64,000 nt of DNA, from the NCBI GenBank assembly GCA_965263355.1, contig CBDHHL010000056.1, positions 480,001 through 544,000 on the forward strand. Direction: 5' to 3'. The notes under the pieces were generated by a model, which was given only the letters and a program-made list of their open reading frames with translations, made no database searches and had not been told where the DNA came from. A program made the translations under genes and the position numbers. This stretch comes from Leptolyngbyaceae cyanobacterium (GTDB taxonomy: Bacteria > Cyanobacteriota > Cyanobacteriia > Phormidesmidales > Phormidesmidaceae). Positions 61,408 through 64,000 of the stretch are shown here, one piece after another. Position 1 is the first letter of the stretch. The number at the start of each line of letters is the position of its first letter.

Positions 61408-62679
61408 TTATACCTGAGGCGGTACGTTAATCTCAAAGTGAATGTGATCATCATGCCCACCGAAACTTTGGCATAAACCTTTACGAATCAAAGCCGGATC
61501 ATTGAAATATAACGCTCCTTTATCAACCCAAGGTTGAGCCCTTAGTGCCTTAAGAATTGCCTCAGTCGCGTCACGGTCATAGTCAGAACTTGTCCATTGG
61601 ATGCCACCAAACCGACCGTCCTTGTGGGGCAACACCACATCTCCCGCATTCCCACTTTGGTGTCCGGCATGATCCGGTGTCCGCCCCCCTTTGGGTAAAC
61701 TGACATCATTAATAGCCATGGGAGCCACATCTGATTGGTTTTTGCGATAGGCCAGCTCGTAGTGAATACCAGCTGCTCGAATCACATTGCTCATCCAGTC
61801 AACACCATAATCATGAGTATCTCCCGGTTGGTCAAGTACCTCGAGGTTGTAGAAGCCTACCCCTTGCCCCGCCATCCGCATCCACTGGGGTGCATTGGCC
61901 AATTCCAAAAATCGTTGGGTTCTACCATTGACATCCACCCGTCCATCGCCTCGAATCGTCGTGCTTCCAGAGATTACCGATTGAAATAGCTGAATCGCCC
62001 GAATCAATTCATTCATAGAATTTCCCTGGGCAAAGTCATAGCCTAGTTCCACCAAACGGTCACGCACCAGTTTGACATCGCTAGTACGATTGGCACCGCG
62101 TGAACCAACACTGGCACTCAGGGCCAGTTTCTTCGCACCTGGATGCTTTTCAATGTAGGGAGTTAATGTGAGGGACGCGATGTCCGTGACCTGACCAGCA
62201 ACAACCTTAAGCCGCCGTAGTTGAGGCTTGGGTACCGCCAAAAAGACTGATTGAAATGCCCATTGTTTATTGGCATTAACTGTCGTTGTCGAAATAGCTT
62301 TTTGATTGTTGTCAACATATAAACTGACAGTCTTACCCACCAGGTCATTACTGGCGGTACCGGCTAGCTGATAGGGATGGTAGATTTTTACCTGATTAGG
62401 AACCTTGGTGATTTTGATGCCTTGGTTAGCTGGCACCTCAGGGTTTGGCGTCACTGGCTGTGTTGGCAGGGGTTGGGGTTCATCGGTACCAGTGCCAACA
62501 GACACCAGAAAAAAACCGGGTGCGTCGGTTCTATTTAGCCATTCTTTAAGCAGCTGAGTTCTAAAAAAGGTTTCACCGTCTACCTCACCTTGTCGAGGAG
62601 TCTTGTCTATTTTTTGACGGTAGTAGCCACCTTCCATCAGATAAATGGCTTTATCAGTTTCCTTAATCCAAGTCCCCAT
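61408..62679 (-). CDS. MepA-like murein endopeptidase with peptidoglycan-binding domain
   Basis: SVG..GAN..DV...L..LGY...IQLFQ...DGRVD binding region; DVSLPKGG, HAGHQSG...D and HDDHIH zinc motifs. Confidence 0.8.
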   Translation of the reverse strand: MGTWIKETDKAIYLMEGGYYRQKIDKTPRQGEVDGETFFRTQLLKEWLNRTDAPGFFLVSVGTGTDEPQPLPTQPVTPNPEVPANQGIKITKVPNQVKIYHPYQLAGTASNDLVGKTVSLYVDNNQKAISTTTVNANKQWAFQSVFLAVPKPQLRRLKVVAGQVTDIASLTLTPYIEKHPGAKKLALSASVGSRGANRTSDVKLVRDRLVELGYDFAQGNSMNELIRAIQLFQSVISGSTTIRGDGRVDVNGRTQRFLELANAPQWMRMAGQGVGFYNLEVLDQPGDTHDYGVDWMSNVIRAAGIHYELAYRKNQSDVAPMAINDVSLPKGGRTPDHAGHQSGNAGDVVLPHKDGRFGGIQWTSSDYDRDATEAILKALRAQPWVDKGALYFNDPALIRKGLCQSFGGHDDHIHFEINVPPQV

Positions 62680-62929
62680 AGCTCCTCCAGCCGATCATAT
62701 TGGATATATTATCTAAGGTGGCAATTTAGATTACATCAAAGCTATTGCCGATGGTAGCAGATCGAGTTGCTCAACAACTTACTGCATAGGAGTTCTAGCT
62801 TATTTTCAATAAGAATGACCTATTGTTGACTTATTTTTGAGGCCCTGCCTGGTTAGTCCAATAATTGGCTAAATTGAAATGTAAATGTCAGTTAATCTAA
62901 ACCATAGCCGCTAGGGCAATGGCCATTCT

Positions 62930-64000
62930 TTACACTGTCACCTGTGCTACGGAGATGGGAATTTCAATGGAAAACTGAGTGCCTTGCTGACCTAAATTAG
63001 GCTCACACCAGAGTTTTCCTTTATGGGTTTCAGTAACAATGCTATGACTGATGGAAAGCCCCATACCTGTACCTTTGCCAACTTCTTTGGTAGTGAAAAA
63101 GGGATTAAAAATTTGCGATCGCAACTCCTCAGGCACCCCTAACCCATTATCTATAATTCGAACCATTAATCGGTTGTTTTGAATCCGTGTCGAAATCTTA
63201 ATGACGCTAGGATCTTCCAAAGCTTCTGCCACTGTACGTTTAGCATCGCGCTCATTGACGGCTTCAATGGCATTACTCAACAGATTCATAAAGACTTGAT
63301 TGAGTTGCCCCGCATAACATTCAATTAGGGGCAATGAACCATAATCTTTAACAACATGGATGTCGGGATAGCTATTATTACGACGCAAATGACTTTGCAA
63401 AATACTCAGAGTACTATCAATACCCTGATGAATATCAGCTTGTTTAACCTCAGCCTCATGGAGCCTTGAAAAGGTCCGCAGAGAGGACACTATGGTACAA
63501 ATGCGTCTGGTGCCAAGACTCATAGATTGCAAGATTTTGACCAGATCTTTCTCAAGATAGTCAAGCTCAATCTCATCTATTTTGTTTGAAATTTCCTTTG
63601 GTGGGTTGGGAACGTGTTGTTTATAGAGTGCAACAATCTCCAATAGTTCCTTGACATAGCGCTCAGCATGGTTAAGATTAGCATGGATAAAATTTACTGG
63701 ATTATTGATTTCATGGGCAACACCAGCAACAAGTTGCCCCAAACTCAACATTTTCTCATTGTGCACCAGCTGTATTTGTGTTCTCTTAAGTTCCTCAAGG
63801 GCCTGATGTAATTCATTTTCCGCTTGTTTTCGCTCATTGATTTCACTAAGTAGCTGCATTTGCGTGTATCGCAATGTCAAATGCACCCTAATGCGAGCCA
63901 GTACCTCATCAGGATGGATGGGTTTAGTAATATAATCAACAGCTCCTATACTAAGCCCCTTAACCTTGTCAATTTCATCGGTTAAGGCCGTCATGAAAAT
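62930..64000 (-). CDS. receiver plus histidine kinase (5' end outside window)
   Basis: GAVDYITKP, LGQLVAGVAHEINNP, NQVFMNLLSNA, DNG.G, FFTTK.VGKGTGMGLSIS. Confidence 0.93.
   Translation of the reverse strand: MFMTALTDEIDKVKGLSIGAVDYITKPIHPDEVLARIRVHLTLRYTQMQLLSEINERKQAENELHQALEELKRTQIQLVHNEKMLSLGQLVAGVAHEINNPVNFIHANLNHAERYVKELLEIVALYKQHVPNPPKEISNKIDEIELDYLEKDLVKILQSMSLGTRRICTIVSSLRTFSRLHEAEVKQADIHQGIDSTLSILQSHLRRNNSYPDIHVVKDYGSLPLIECYAGQLNQVFMNLLSNAIEAVNERDAKRTVAEALEDPSVIKISTRIQNNRLMVRIIDNGLGVPEELRSQIFNPFFTTKEVGKGTGMGLSISHSIVTETHKGKLWCEPNLGQQGTQFSIEIPISVAQVTV

Noticed and set aside
1..64000. tRNA/rRNA genes, intact transposases, cas or prophage genes
   Set aside because: None recognised by eye; a tRNAscan/Infernal run would be needed to exclude them.

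Overview
Cyanobacterial chromosomal window. HIP1 GCGATCGC octamers are frequent and xisHI, Uma2, DUF1816 and PEP-CTERM genes are present; the gene style suggests a Leptolyngbya-like filamentous strain (inference). Housekeeping and regulatory genes include two amt, glyS-murD, hybrid kinases, GST, two GDPDs, a dynamin-like GTPase, DnaJ-TPR, DUF1800/DUF1501 and a MepA-like peptidase. They surround an accessory region at about 21.9-50.2 kb. Highlights read from the sequence: (1) Two decayed integron platforms, at about 29.6-32.2 kb and 48.3-49.7 kb. Each has a truncated intI (the first is missing from the ORF track), an attI-like site and a gene-less first cassette carrying a -10 box and a one-mismatch cyanobacterial LexA box. 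The first array also carries a DUF4365 nuclease and a PIN toxin-antitoxin pair. (2) A 4309-aa RHS/YD, teneurin-like toxin between the two platforms. It contains a circularly permuted animal-type heme peroxidase inserted inside a beta-sandwich domain, FG-GAP repeats inserted in the YD array, an unassigned C-terminal toxin and a candidate immunity gene downstream. (3) Many deletion scars and pseudogenes, plus two MITE families, one copy with a perfect 8-bp target-site duplication. All family calls are by motif recognition; no database search was run.
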